Source of the DNA: Rhizodiscina lignyota
Lineage: Eukaryota
Direction of reading: 5' to 3'
DNA: 64,000 nt
Assembly: GCA_010015805.1 (NCBI GenBank)
Contig: ML978123.1
Location: 1,364,001-1,428,000 of the forward strand
Below, one piece after another: positions 1-12,466 of this stretch. The notes beneath the pieces are model-generated. The model did no database searches and was not told the DNA's origin. It saw only the letters and a program-made list of their open reading frames with translations. A program made the position numbers and the translations under genes. How positions within the stretch are numbered: the first letter of the stretch is position 1; each line of letters begins with the position of its first letter.

Positions 1-527
1 GCTTCGCCTCGGCCGTGCTGTGCGACGTCGTCAAGGCGCGCGGCGAGTGGGACGGCTCGTCGCATTTGGGCAGCGAGCTGGAGCGCACGAGCGAGGAGAT
101 TGCGGCTCTTGTCGCGAAGACGGGGAAATTGAGTGACGGGATTGATGGTGTGCTGGATGTTGCTGAGGGGCAGGCGGAGAAAGGAGAAGAGGGCAAGAAT
201 AGCAGGATTGTCACTGCGGGGCTAGGTACGCTTGCACTGTTGCTTTCGCTCTGTGGACGCGCGGGTGTGGCGCTCGGCGCGGCGCAAGCGGAAAGGTTGG
301 GTAGGGTGGCGGTTAAGTTCTTGGGCGATCAGGATCCTGATGTCAGGAGGGCGGATATGGAGTTCTGTCTTGAGCTGCATGAGCGGCTCGGTGGAGCCAA
401 GCAGGAGGGCAGCGATGACGGAGATGCGGAGACGGGAGGCTTTTGGAAGGCGATGGCCACGGCGGGATTGAGGGCGGAGCAGGTCAATCTCATCACCTAC
501 TATCTGGCCAGGAGGGGAAAGGCTTGA
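1..527 (+). CDS. STU1: 3' end of CLASP/Stu1 microtubule-associated protein (partial)
   Basis: Open frame from the window edge. HEAT-like segment (FLGDQDPDVRRADMEFCLELHER) and C-terminus NLITYYLAR resemble filamentous-fungal Stu1 C-termini. Confidence 0.7.
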   Translation, partial: FASAVLCDVVKARGEWDGSSHLGSELERTSEEIAALVAKTGKLSDGIDGVLDVAEGQAEKGEEGKNSRIVTAGLGTLALLLSLCGRAGVALGAAQAERLGRVAVKFLGDQDPDVRRADMEFCLELHERLGGAKQEGSDDGDAETGGFWKAMATAGLRAEQVNLITYYLARRGKA

Positions 528-3469
528 TGGCTGAGCTCCTAGACGGGAGCTTTTCTTCGCTTCTTGTGCGACTGGGATATCGCGAGAGACGACATCGAGA
601 AGGACCTGAGATACCCTTCACTTGGCGTTTGGCATTGGACTTACGGTTTGGGATTGATTAGATGGCTTCTTGTTGTACAGTACTTTTAGTCTTCCGCTGG
701 ATATATGGTAGTGTCTGAGCCGAGTGTACTTTTATGATAAAAAATGCTAGTATTGGTATTAATACTGTCCAGTTTGTATTCAGCCTGATCTCCCACTTCG
801 ATAAAGCGTAAGGAATCATCAGCCAATTGACAACTTGAAAAGTATACTCTCGTGTGGCAGAATAGCTAGCGCCCACGAAGGTTAGGATGTAGCGCAACCG
901 AGTTTTGCTCCCCAACGCATGCGGGAGCATCGCTGAAAGCTCTGTGCGATGTATACTAGCCGGTGTTTACTAAATCCGCACAGCTTCAACAGACTTAATC
1001 TGTCTTCACATAAGAGATTGTGCAACCTATTTGTTCGATACATTGGAGCTATGTCTCAATTATTTTGTCACTCTGGAGGCGCTCGTGTGCCGCGGTGCCG
1101 CCCACCTTCGACTCAGTCACCAGAGCGCAGTGTCAGTGGCATGGAAAGTTCGATTTGAGTAGTGCTGGAGGCTGTGTATATAGGCAGCGCGGGCCAGATT
1201 CAAGCTCGGTATCACTGCCATAAAAGGTCATCCGCGAAACGCGCTCACTTAGGATAAAGGTCGCGTAGAGTGAACGCTGCTAGTTAAGACTTGAAGCGGA
1301 CGCAAAAGTTGAAGATGATTGTAATTACCGCTAGAAGCTGCTTATGGCTTGCGCGACCAAGCGTTAAAGTTCGCATTCGTTGACAGTTAAGGGTGTTTGT
1401 TGACAACGCCAGTAAGCCTTGAAGCCTGACTCAATGCTTATTGGAGGCTGCTTATAGACGGCCTCGTCAGGGGTTTGAGTTCGATTCGGTTCCAGAAGAT
1501 GCATTCTTGGGTCTAATTAGAAGTATTCTGCATGGCCTTTAATGTCTATTTCGATGCAGTGGAGTCTTTCAGATCGCCGCACGTGATCGATTCTTCGATG
1601 TGGTGACTCGTGAGACAGACGCAGCTACCCCGTAAGGAGGCGCGAAAAGCAAACGTGAGGCTCAATGAGACATGCAAGCCACAGTCACGCCGAGTAGTGC
1701 CAGGCACGCGAGCAAGAGCCAATGGATCCGTGTTGGTGTCAGCTCGCGACTTTGGAGATCCTCGTGGTGATGAAACATGCTCAGTGGACCGAACGCGCAA
1801 TTCGTACGGCAGATTATGGTCTTGGACACTGACGCAAGAAATCAATGTGTAACGCAACAAGTCCGAGCGCCGTTGGTGTAAGTTCCTTTTGCAAACGCTT
1901 GTCTCTGTGCGACCGAAGAGGACCTAATATGGCGGCAGTATAAGAGATGAATGATGACGTGATAACGAGAGATGAAGTCTGAATATCTGGGGAGCTTCAA
2001 CCATGTGAAAATCGAAGCTCTCCGCATTGAATCACCTGCGGGAAGAGGCCGCTGTAGTGTGCAACAACGTTGGTCGATGAAGACATGGAAAGGCCTGCCT
2101 CGAACCCCAGCGAGCCGTTCAGAGATAGATTAGAGAAGGCCAGCGCGCTCGGAAACCGGATGTTTCAGGTCTTTGCCTATATTTGCTCCCGCAGGCCCAT
2201 CCTTATTCTGCCAGATCTGCCACAGAATCGGTCCGGTTGGGCGGAAAATAATTATTTAGCTTGCGGCAAGCTGTCATGGAGAGGTTGTGAAGGTGCTCTG
2301 TACCTCCTCTACTAGCGCTCAGGAGGCTCTCTCACCGCCGATGCCATCAACCGCATTTCCGGAGATTGGAGGCCCGGGTACCTGTAGATTGGCGAGGCCG
2401 CGGATAGGATGGAATGTAACGAGGTACAGACTCAGGTACATGGCACGAGTGCGTTCGCTTGAGACAGGCGAGTACCTTTGGTACCTCGGTGAGAAGTGGA
2501 GAAAGGTGAAGTAGCACGTGTGGGAGAGGAAAGAATGTGGAGGTATCCGCATCCTCCTGGAGTCTCGTGGTTGTGCAATACAAAAGGGTGGCATAGTGCA
2601 GATGTACCCCTGAAGAAGCAGTAGCTGAGCTCGAGCTCCAGGGCGGCGCTGCCGCGTTGGCCGCGGCCTAGAGAAGATGGAGTATGGCGCAATGCGAAAT
2701 GCTGCGCTTGCTTGAGCTCATGGGCAAAGGGTGGCGCGAGCGGCGCATCTATTCTTTGCTCTCGTCTGTACGGCGAGAGTAGCGCTGAGGGGCAAGGCTG
2801 ATCAGTAAATGGAGCAGCGGCGCTGACAATTGGCAGCAGGCGGAAGTTTTTGCACGTCGCAGTAGCGCGCTGTAGGGCAGGTGTAGCTAGCAATTGCAGG
2901 CAACGGGGCCGAAGTTCGGTGGAGGAACTGAGATCTTATTAATGGCGAAGGTTAGCCTGCCCCAGCACAGACACGACGCCAAGGGTCGCTGAGGCCGGGA
3001 TCAGCAGCTGTTTCAAGTGCAGAGTCAGGAGCAGAGAGGGAAAGCGTTCTGTATCACGACTCGACATCCGCCGAGCAACGAGCAGATTCTTGTGCAACCA
3101 AGCGGCCGCCCACTTCGCCCTCCCGCGCTTCCTGATACTCACGCGCAAGGCCCTGCAGCGGCGCGCAAGACACGCTCGTCCATTGGTCCTGTTCACTCAC
3201 CCCAAGCAATCCTCTCTCACACCCCCTCATCCTGCCTCAACCACCTACTCTCCACCACACACCTCGACACTCACTCGCAGCCGCGCCCATCTACTTCCTC
3301 GACCCTCCGCTCCTTTCGCTGCCACCTTCGCTTCGCTCCTCGACCGCAAGCTGAGGGCCATTTCCGATATTAGCCCTGCCGCCTCTTCCTCCAAAGTCCG
3401 CAGCTTCCTCGATATCAACGAGCATCATCGACGCCAGACGCGCGATACATCTTCAGCCCCATGGTTTAA

Positions 3470-6400
3470 ATGGACACCATGGAGTCGCCCGGCGTCTTTC
3501 CAGACAGTCCAATGGACGACCCTGAGCAGACCTACTTCTGCAAAGGTTGCGGCGAGGTAAGAAATCGGGGCCGTTCCATACCAGCGATCCGTTGCACGCT
3601 GCGCCGTTCACATGGCTAACCGATACCCCACAGATCTTGGAGGAAGGCAAAGCATTCGAACTAGGTACGTTCATAGCGTTGTTGTTGACGTTTTCCCATT
3701 TAGAGACAGCAATACACTCCCCATTCACGTGGCTTTATTTACTACTACAATAGCTAACACCATCACCCTAGCCGGCAACCGCTGGCACATCGATTGTTTC
3801 CGATGCAATACTTGCAAGACCCTTCTCGATTCCGACGCCAACCTGCTCCTCCTCGGTGACGGCTCGCTTATCTGCAACAACTGCACATATTCCTGCAGCG
3901 CCTGCGGCAACAAGATCGAAGATCTGGCTATCCTAACGGGCGATCAAGCGTTCTGCGCAAACTGTTTCAAGTGCCGCAACTGCAAGCGAAAGATCGAGAA
4001 TCTGCGCTATGCACGGACCTCACAAGGCATCTTCTGCATGTCATGTCATGAGAGCCTGATGGCAAGAAGGCGGAAAAAGTCTAAGCAGAACAGATTGGCC
4101 TCCAACGGCGGCCCTGTCATATTGGACAAGAGTCTGCCTGCTCTACCACCAAACGCCGCAGCACAACCTGCCTTCGTGCCGACGCCTGAGACAGAAACGC
4201 CTCCAGAACTCTACTCCGAGACACCAAGCGATATGTCGCCTCGACCGAGAAACTCGAGGAAGAAAGATGCCAGCCTCAGCTCACAGACCAATCGTGATAA
4301 TTCTCCTTCTGAGACTGATGAGAGTCGGAAAGGTATGGATCTCTCCGTCTGTGGGCCCATCTTTACGGTAATAAGTGCTAACGTAAACCAGAAGAGAACG
4401 TGACTCTCCCTGCTAGCACGTATTCCGAGACTCGCCACTCCTACACTCCCTCACAAGCTACAGATGCGACTGTTGTTGGCGGCAGTGACGATGGGTTTTT
4501 CATTCCGCTCGCACTTGATCCGAATACTGCACCTGGACCTTCTCCTATGACCAAGGGTACCGCCTTCCCCGAACCTGCTCAAGTCACTCAGCCGAAACAA
4601 CCTGTAGAGGTAGAAATGCAGCCGAGGGACTATTTCAACAAGAACAGTAGTAGGTTACCATCCTCTTCCTCTCATCGAGAGGTTCTCAGAGAGAATGGTC
4701 GAGATACCTCACGTTCCTCATCTACAGAACGCTCGAAACGCGATGGTTCAAGCAATAGAGTGCCAGCAAGTCCGCACATTGCTTACCAACAAAAGGCCCG
4801 GCAGCCCTCGTCGGATTATATGGAAGCACGTCCACGCAAGGAGGTGATTCCAGACGCTTCTCCTGCTCTGAATGAGAGAGGCCTTCAGTCTCAGAGTTCA
4901 TCAACATATACATCTCAGGCAACGAGTCCCGCCGAGTTCAAGTTGCAGGATGCACCAAAAACCCGCAAGGGCAGCGTGTCGAGGAAGCTCTCCAAGCCAA
5001 ATCCGCGGGCTGTCAGTGCAGGTTCTCCCTCAATTGATATGAGAAGCCAAGATGTTGAGGTTCCAGCGGCCACTTCTCCGGCGTCTCTGGATACATCGCC
5101 CCTTCCGCCTATGGAGAACCAACAACAGGTAGAGCGACCAACTCGAGGTGATTCACTTGAGCGACCAGCACGCGGTGACTCTTTAGGTCATGGTACGCAC
5201 CGGCAGCCTTTTGCGCGGAAAGATATTGGCAGCAACTCAACTGGACCTTCCACACCAACAATGTCCAGTCAAGCGGCCCACGAGCGTAACACCTCAACCT
5301 CATCCGCTCCGCGGAACGAAGGAGGCCCGTTTCAACAGCTTAACGGAGGCAAAACAATCTCTAAACCCAACGAATCTCCAATTTCAAAGAGCATCCTTGA
5401 TGTTCCAGCCTTGCCTATTCGTTCTACTAGCCGTCCGAGTCCACTTCCAACAGGTGAATCTTTTACTGCACCACGCGCGCCTCCCCCACCTCCTGCACTT
5501 CCCGCACCGCCTGCACCGCCTGCACCGCCCGCGCCACCAGCACCACCAGCACCTCCCATAGGCGATCGCCACAAGACGAGCGAGTCAGTGAGCACTGTTC
5601 AGAGCAATATGTCGGCACAACTTTCTCCAGCACTGCCACGCTATCATGGAGGCGACTTCACGATGGAAGAAGAGATGGGACGCATACTCAAGGGGGAACA
5701 AATTGAAGACAAGGACTCGAATGTGCTGCGCCGCGTTTCTAATGCTGCAAAACACATGCGGAGCTTCAGCGATCGCGGAGGTCAGACGACGAAGACGACG
5801 CACAAGTTTGTCAGGAGTCCGAGCGTCACGAACGGCAGCATCGATATCAGCAGTCCAACGACGAGCCTCAGTCCAGATTCCAGAGATGATGCTGCATTGC
5901 TGAGGAGCAAGTTGATGAGGGCTCATGAGCAAATTGCCATGCTGAAGACCGAAAAGGGCAATCTGGAAAACATTGTTAACAGCAATCAGAACATGACTGC
6001 TGTGAACAAAGCACTCAAGGAAAAGAGAAACACCATGGCTTTCCTGGACACCCAGCGAGAAATCATGGTCCGCGAATTGGAAGCGATGACCGAGAATCTG
6101 AAGAGGGTAAAGGAGGGCAACGAGCCGCTGGATATGTTGAGCCTGAAGTCAGATATCATACTTGACTTCAAAAGGAGTCTCGAGCGGGTGAAAGAGGAAG
6201 TCGGCGCGGAGATTGAACACCTGATCAGTGAGCGCAACAAACTGACAAACGAAATCGGCGATCTTATCCAAATGAAAGACAAAGGCATGCAAGAATACGA
6301 AGATCTGAGTTTGCAGAACCAGCAGCTCATCCAGACTCACAACGACTTAGTCCACAAGATCCAAGATTTGTACAAGTCGAACTCGAACAGGCGTGCAGCC

Positions 6401-7686
6401 CCACCGCAGCCGCTAGGAATGAACGGTCTAGCGCCGCTGAGCGCAACCACAAGCACAACAGGCAGCACACTCACCAGTCCGAATGGCCTTGGAATCTATA
6501 CCCACCAATCGAAAGACAATAACAACAGCCTCTCGAACATTGACGCTGCCCGCTCGAACAGCAACGACCCAAGCATGCAGAATCTTATCAACGAAGATGC
6601 TGAACCAGCTGTCGTGTCTGCTCCTCATCTTATCAATATTCGCAAGGGCCGTCCGAACATGTGGAAGAAGGGATCGCAGGCTGTTGCGAAGAACATCAAG
6701 GGTATTAGAGGTGCGTTCGCGTCTGTGAACCAATATCCTGATCGAAGTGGTGGATATGCCGGTGGATCACAGACCATGACCGAGGGAATGCCGTATGGCA
6801 GTATGCCCTCAGCACAGAGCCACCCGGTTATCAGCGGCCCAATGGAAGTTCGAAAGGGAGATCCGGCGGCGTACAACTTCTGGGGTAGTCAGAAGTCTGT
6901 GGATCGGAAGGGACCGATAAAGGGACCTGGCCAGGTTGGCATGGGAATGCCGAACGGCAGCGGAGCGAACGTTGCCGGTGAAACTGGTAAGTAGAACGAC
7001 ACCGCAGTGAGAAACGCCGATACTTACACGCAAGCAGGCCTGTTTGGAACAGATCTCTCGGAAAGATGCAACATCGAAAAGAGAGAGATCCCATCCATTG
7101 TTATTCGATGTATTGAAGAAGTCGAAGTGCGCGGTATGGACGTTGAAGGTGTCTATCGCAAGTCCGGTGGTTCTGGCCAAGTCAACGCTATTCGTAATGG
7201 CTTTGAAATCGACGGCAATTACGACATTGAGGATCCTGACCTCGACATCCACGCTGTCACTTCGACCCTCAAGCAGTATTTTAGGCGCTTGCCGGTCCCG
7301 CTGATCACGTTCGATGTCTACGACTCTTTGCTCCAAGCAGGACAGGTCCAAGACCCCGAGAAGAAGGTTACCATGATGCGCAACTGCATGGAGATGCTAC
7401 CTAAGGCCCACAGAGATGTGCTGACTTTCTTGGTATTCCACTTGGCCAGAGTCATGGGGAGGCAGTCCGAGAATCTTGTAAGAGCTAACCTCAACAAATG
7501 TTTACCCGAACATGAAACACTGACAGCCTATTTCAGATGACCTCTCTCAACTTGGCCGTCGTATTCGCGCCTACCATCATGCGGCCCGAACAGATCGAGC
7601 GGGAGATGAGCGACGTGCAGGCCCAGCGCGAGGCCGTGCAGACTCTACTGGACAACAACACAATCATTTTCGGTGACAGCGAATAA
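3470..7686 (+). CDS. RGA1: LIM-domain Rho GTPase-activating protein (Rga1/Rga2 type), 5 introns
   Basis: Exons 3470-3556, 3634-3664, 3772-4332, 4392-6986, 7038-7477 and 7537-7686 join in frame through GT-AG introns. Two LIM domains (CKGCGE...WHIDCFRCNTC; CSAC...CANCFKCRNC...CMSC), a coiled coil, and a RhoGAP domain (GVYRKSG, LKQYFRRLP, NLAVVFAPT). Confidence 0.92.
5480..5558 (+). repeat. Coding 9-bp tandem repeat encoding (PAP)n polyproline tract
   Basis: Reiterated gcaccgcct/gcaccacca units giving PPPPPALPAPPAPPAPPAPPAPPAPP. Confidence 0.85.
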
Positions 7687-9123
7687 GCATCGAGAATCAC
7701 TTTTCCGAGTTTCAGCGTTTACAGCCACTGCCCGGGTGGGGCTTTCACCATGGGTCCCTCATGGCTAGAGGAGTTTCAAGGCGCATTAGGCAGTGAGACC
7801 TTGACTCACGCCGTCTGACAGGCGTGCTTTGGTCCCTTTCCCGAACCACGTTCCCCCATACTAAAGTTGTAATGAAGCAGGCATGTACAGTGTACATTGC
7901 GCGCTTCTGATTTGCTTTCGACTTCCTTCACTCTGCTCTACTTCGCCTATCGAGAAGGCCACTCACGGATTTGCTGGTCTGCTTCTGCTTCTGCTTACTT
8001 TCTATACCCCACGGAGTCAAGTCTGGAAGGGCGTGGACTGTATGCCTACTTTGCTTTTTTGCCCTTTTTCACCCTCTTCTGGTTGCCAGTATATGGCGTG
8101 AAAATGGGCAGGATTGAGGCTGGAGTCTAGCTTTGCGATTATGAAGGAGCTTGTATATTTGTGCAAAAAGTATCGAAACGATTCATGAAGCCTCTCCAGG
8201 AATTCTGCAAATTTTCAAATGGTGCGAAGAGCCGCCATATGGAGACACTGCTTGATATGCACGCCCCAACGTCACTCAAGGTGACTCCGCGAGCAGGCGA
8301 GACAGGGGTTGCCAAGACTGCCTGTCGAGCCAGGATTTATTTACTGCCATGGCCTCTACTCAGATGCACGAGTCCACAGACTTGGCGACCTAACTGTTTC
8401 ATAGTGCCCAATGGACCAATTACGGTATTTCTGGTCAAAGGTAAGCCGCATCTGACTAGGATAATCAGCAGACTTGCTCGCAGACTGGCCCTCCCTCCAC
8501 AAATCCCATGTATAGCAACCACCACGATATGAATAGACTTACCTCCACACAGCTACCCCGGTTTCTCCTCGTGGTGTTTCAGAATTTATCTATATGCTTG
8601 ATCACTCTTTACTAACCAGAGTCCATTCCACATTACACCGCATAGTTCGGCTCCTAGTCCCTTGCGCGGTTGTTCACGGCAACCCATGCGACCTTGCACA
8701 GCCATCCCGTCATCCAACCCAATTTCGTCTTGGCTATCAGACTGAGTCGTCCATCTCACTTGACATCAACCTGGTCCTGGTATCGAGTACTTTTTCTGCC
8801 TCATTTGGAGGATGTGAGCCGGGATTGTCCGCACGAAAAGCTTGTTTACACGCGAGTCTTCACAGGGAGGATATAATAAGGCCAACATCCTCGGCTTCAC
8901 TAAAGAGATTTAAACTGCATACGTGTGCCGAGCAGGAAGTCTTTTTTTCCTCATATTTCCTACTATTTCCTTACGCTCTCCTTGAGCTCATTTCCTATTT
9001 CCTTCTTCATCTCCTTATTTCCTTGATTTCCTTGCGGTTGTCGCACGATCATTCTGCGATCTCCTTAATTTCTTAATATCTATTCCCCAAAAGCAAGAAA
9101 AGCAAGAAATCACAAAAGCCATC

Positions 9124-9846
9124 ATGCATTTCACCAGCCTCACCGCCCTCTCTCTGGCCTCCCTCGCCACCGCCGCTCCCCATCTCGCGGCCCGCGAGGT
9201 CACAGGCAAACTCGGCAACGCCCAAGTCGTAACGGACAACCCAAGCGGCGCCATGGTCCAGGCATACCTCGTCCCCAAGCCCGACGACGAGTACCAGGTC
9301 TCGGGCTACGTCCGCGCGAGCTCCAGCGGCCCAGGCAGCTCCGTCAAGTTCGACGTCGGCATCTTCAACCTCCCTGACGAGGGCTCGCCCTTCATCTACC
9401 ACATCCACGACCAGCCGGTCGACTCGACCGGCAACTGCAGCAGCACGCTCGCCCATCTCGACCCCTACATCCGCGGCGAGATGCCGCCGTGCGATGCGAG
9501 CGCGCCGTGGACGTGCCAGGTCGGCGATTTGGCGGGCAAGCATGGCCACATCCCCGGCCAGAGCTACACGAACAGCTACACCGACCAGTACACGAGTCTC
9601 AAGCAGGGCACGGGCGGCTACTTCGGCAACAGGAGCATCACGGTGCACAAGAGCGACACTACGCGGATTGCGTGCGCGAACTTCGAGGTGCTCTTCCCCG
9701 GCTTCGACGGCGACTTCCCATCGAACTGGCAGCCCGGATGGCAGAGCGCTGGCGCTGGGGATGCGGCTGCGGACGCGACTGCAGAGGCGACAAGCAATGC
9801 TCTTACTGCTGCGTGGGGACAGCTTAAGGCTGCTTGGAAATGGTAA
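9124..9846 (+). CDS. Secreted Cu/Zn-family superoxide dismutase of the Cu-only SOD4/SOD5 type
   Basis: Signal peptide MHFTSLTALSLASLATA; motifs YHIH, AHLDP, CQVGDLAGKHG, RSITVH, RIACAN. Intronless with strong GC3 bias. Confidence 0.9.
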   Translation: MHFTSLTALSLASLATAAPHLAAREVTGKLGNAQVVTDNPSGAMVQAYLVPKPDDEYQVSGYVRASSSGPGSSVKFDVGIFNLPDEGSPFIYHIHDQPVDSTGNCSSTLAHLDPYIRGEMPPCDASAPWTCQVGDLAGKHGHIPGQSYTNSYTDQYTSLKQGTGGYFGNRSITVHKSDTTRIACANFEVLFPGFDGDFPSNWQPGWQSAGAGDAAADATAEATSNALTAAWGQLKAAWKW

Positions 9847-11021
9847 TTAGGGTGGAGTGTTGGTGGAGTACGAGAGTTGGGCAGAGTGCGTGATTGGATG
9901 GTTGGTGCATATGCATTGGGGGCGTTTTTCCTATTCCTATCTCGCTGGAGTTTCGAAATAGCTGGATTCCTAAAATTTCTCTAACGAACGACCGAGGTTG
10001 AAAACGACAAGAAGATTAAATTTATATTTCTAAAAGAAAATCTCACACGCTCGTTATCCATGATCGCGACTTTCTAGCTCCTTTGGTGAATGTGAGAGCA
10101 TGCGCCACACTGCGTTCTGAGATAAGCAGATGAGATGCAAACATGGATGGGGCAGATTGTCGCGATCTTGCGAATACGACTAGTCTACAGGCGCTATATA
10201 AGACAACTTTCTTTAGATTGAGACTTCTCATCTTCTCATCCGAAATCAGTGACTATTTACAGACGAGCCTCGTTCGGGCCGAGCTGGATCCACGACTATG
10301 GAGAATGCACACACCAACATGAGAGGTGCTCACGATGTTCTCTCCCGCAACAACTCTCCGATGTCACATCTTCTTGTCTCAGACCAAGTTGAAGAGTTGA
10401 GACTCAACAGTTGCGGAAGATGCCTCTCCATGTCCAAGGCTCGATGGTACTGCAGCAAAGCTCTTACATGATGCTTTTGCCATCAATTTCCACTGTCTCG
10501 TGAATATGTCAATTCTCTCTCTTCTCTTTTGCGGTTAAGACGCTCTCACATGTGCCAACCGCGCCCTCCACTCCTCCCCGCTCCTTTCGTAACCGCAGTC
10601 TGAAGACCTTCTATTACGAAAAGCCTGCACATCTGCGCCGCTCAAGTTCTCATCTCGGTCTACAATCTCTTTTGCTTGGTTTCTCATTTGGGCCGTAAAG
10701 AAGATCGAATGAACGCCCAATTGAATTTTCGAAGATCAACCCCGATGTCGGTTGAACATGGTTACAAACCTTTCGCCCCGCTCCTCTGTGCTTGCGCGTC
10801 GAATGAGGCTATCTCAAGAGTTGGATTGAAACAGAGCTGCTGAACGCGGGGTTCCATCTGAAAGGTTCAAATTCTTAGAGGCACCTCAACAAAGTTGATG
10901 CCTCCGCTGCATAAGAGCAGGCGGAGGGGCGCCCTCTTCCAAGGAATCCTTCCATTCCCATCCATCACAGTCAAACTCTTCGACCTCTCCAAAAGTCAAT
11001 CCCTTCCAAATCTCTATCAAA

Positions 11022-11435
11022 ATGAAGTTCGCCCTCGTTGCCCTCGCTGCCTCCGTGGCTCTCGCCTCCGCCGCTCCGGTTGTCGATGAGGCAACCGTCG
11101 ATATTCTGGATCAGTTCCCCACCTGGTGAGCCGCTCTGCCGAACCACTAAAGTATCGCCTACTGACTAGACAATCTCAGCGCTGTCGAGGAACTGAAGGA
11201 CATCGCCAAGGAGAAGTGCGGCGACCTCCTCAGTATGCAACCTCGTCGCATTCCCCCGTCTTCCTAAGCACCTTTGCTAACCACAACTGCGGTAGACATT
11301 GCCTGCATCTGCTCCAACCCAGCGGTCCGCGAGACCGCCACGCATGATGTTGTCCAAGCATGCGGCCTGGTCCAGTCCCTCAGGGCCCTGAAGACGGCAA
11401 AGAAGGTCTGCGGCGAGAACTTGAAGGACATTTGA
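11022..11435 (+). CDS. Small secreted 98-aa CFEM-like cysteine-rich protein (not in ORF track), 2 introns
   Basis: Exons 11022-11125, 11180-11232 and 11296-11435 (297 nt) joined by GTGAGC..CTGAC..CAG and GTATGC..GCTAAC..TAG. Product MKFALVALAASVALASAAPVVDEATVDILDQFPTCAVEELKDIAKEKCGDLLNIACICSNPAVRETATHDVVQACGLVQSLRALKTAKKVCGENLKDI. Confidence 0.85.
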
Positions 11436-12466
11436 TCCCAATATCGCTGTATGATATTGGCCTTTGTAGCATAACCAGATGTTCGGGGTAATGGCGAGGG
11501 CTCGTGATTAGCGTCTGAGAGGTCTGCTTGCACTGCTTTCTTTCTACTAACGTGAGATAGAGAGTAGTCAAAGAATAATTCAGACTCTGTTCGCTCTGGC
11601 CTCCATCTCCTGGTAGATATCTACATGCGGTAGTAAGCACGGCTCTCCTTATGAGTGTGCGAGCCCTGCAATAGCGTCTCTTTTCTATGACAACGAGAAG
11701 CAAATCTCCCAAGTCAGACTGGGCAAGTTGCTCCCGGAAAATCTCGAATCTAACTCATATATGCGTATGAGATCTCTAATACATAGGGTTCTCTTTTCTG
11801 CGACGTCGAGGAGCAAGTCTTCTAAGGCAGGCTTGACAAGCTACTCCCTGAGAACCTCGAATGTGAACTCAACAACACATAAAAGGTCCTTTGAATGCTG
11901 AATGAAACTGATAGAGCGCCTCTACTTCGTATACGGTACTGTTCGCTCGCTGGAAACTAGCTGCCTTTTAAGTGCTCGCTGTGATTGGTTAGATCTCGAA
12001 CTGGGATGAGATGGACTCTTCCGTCACCCTGCAGATTCGGGGATTTCCATCTCCTCGGCTTGCCGATTAAAAAGCACAACCTCCGAATCTCTCCCGCCGC
12101 TCAAGCCCTAACAGCCCCTCAACGATTGTAATCAATGCATCATCTTCCTAGTTTCCAGCTGACTCCCTTGGACATGACTACTGTATCGGGCCGCAGATTA
12201 TTCTTTCTCATTGCGCTTCTTCTGCGCCGCAGATTTCACGCACGATCTACGCGCTTAGTAAAATTTGACGTCATACATCTCCAAGCAGGAGGTGAATAAT
12301 GAATAATGAATATCGTAGTGTGTTTCTCCGTCTGTAAATCGCATATATCTGCCAGAGGAAAGAATGAAGGGAGTAGCTCTTTCCATATCCACTGCATACT
12401 CCTATCTCATCTCAACAACGTTTCCCAATTGAAGTGTGCAAAAATCTTTCAACTGAGCATTCCGAT

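Noticed and set aside
1440..1500. GTTCGATTC resembling a tRNA T-loop
   Set aside because: Flanks do not form a T-stem, and no acceptor or D arm is visible.
530..3460. Short ORFs or a possible transposon relic between STU1 and the RhoGAP gene
   Set aside because: No transposase or RT motifs, terminal repeats or AT-rich RIP tract recognised.
10800..10890. GGTTCAAAT B-box-like motif with a short stem
   Set aside because: No cloverleaf can be folded from the upstream sequence.
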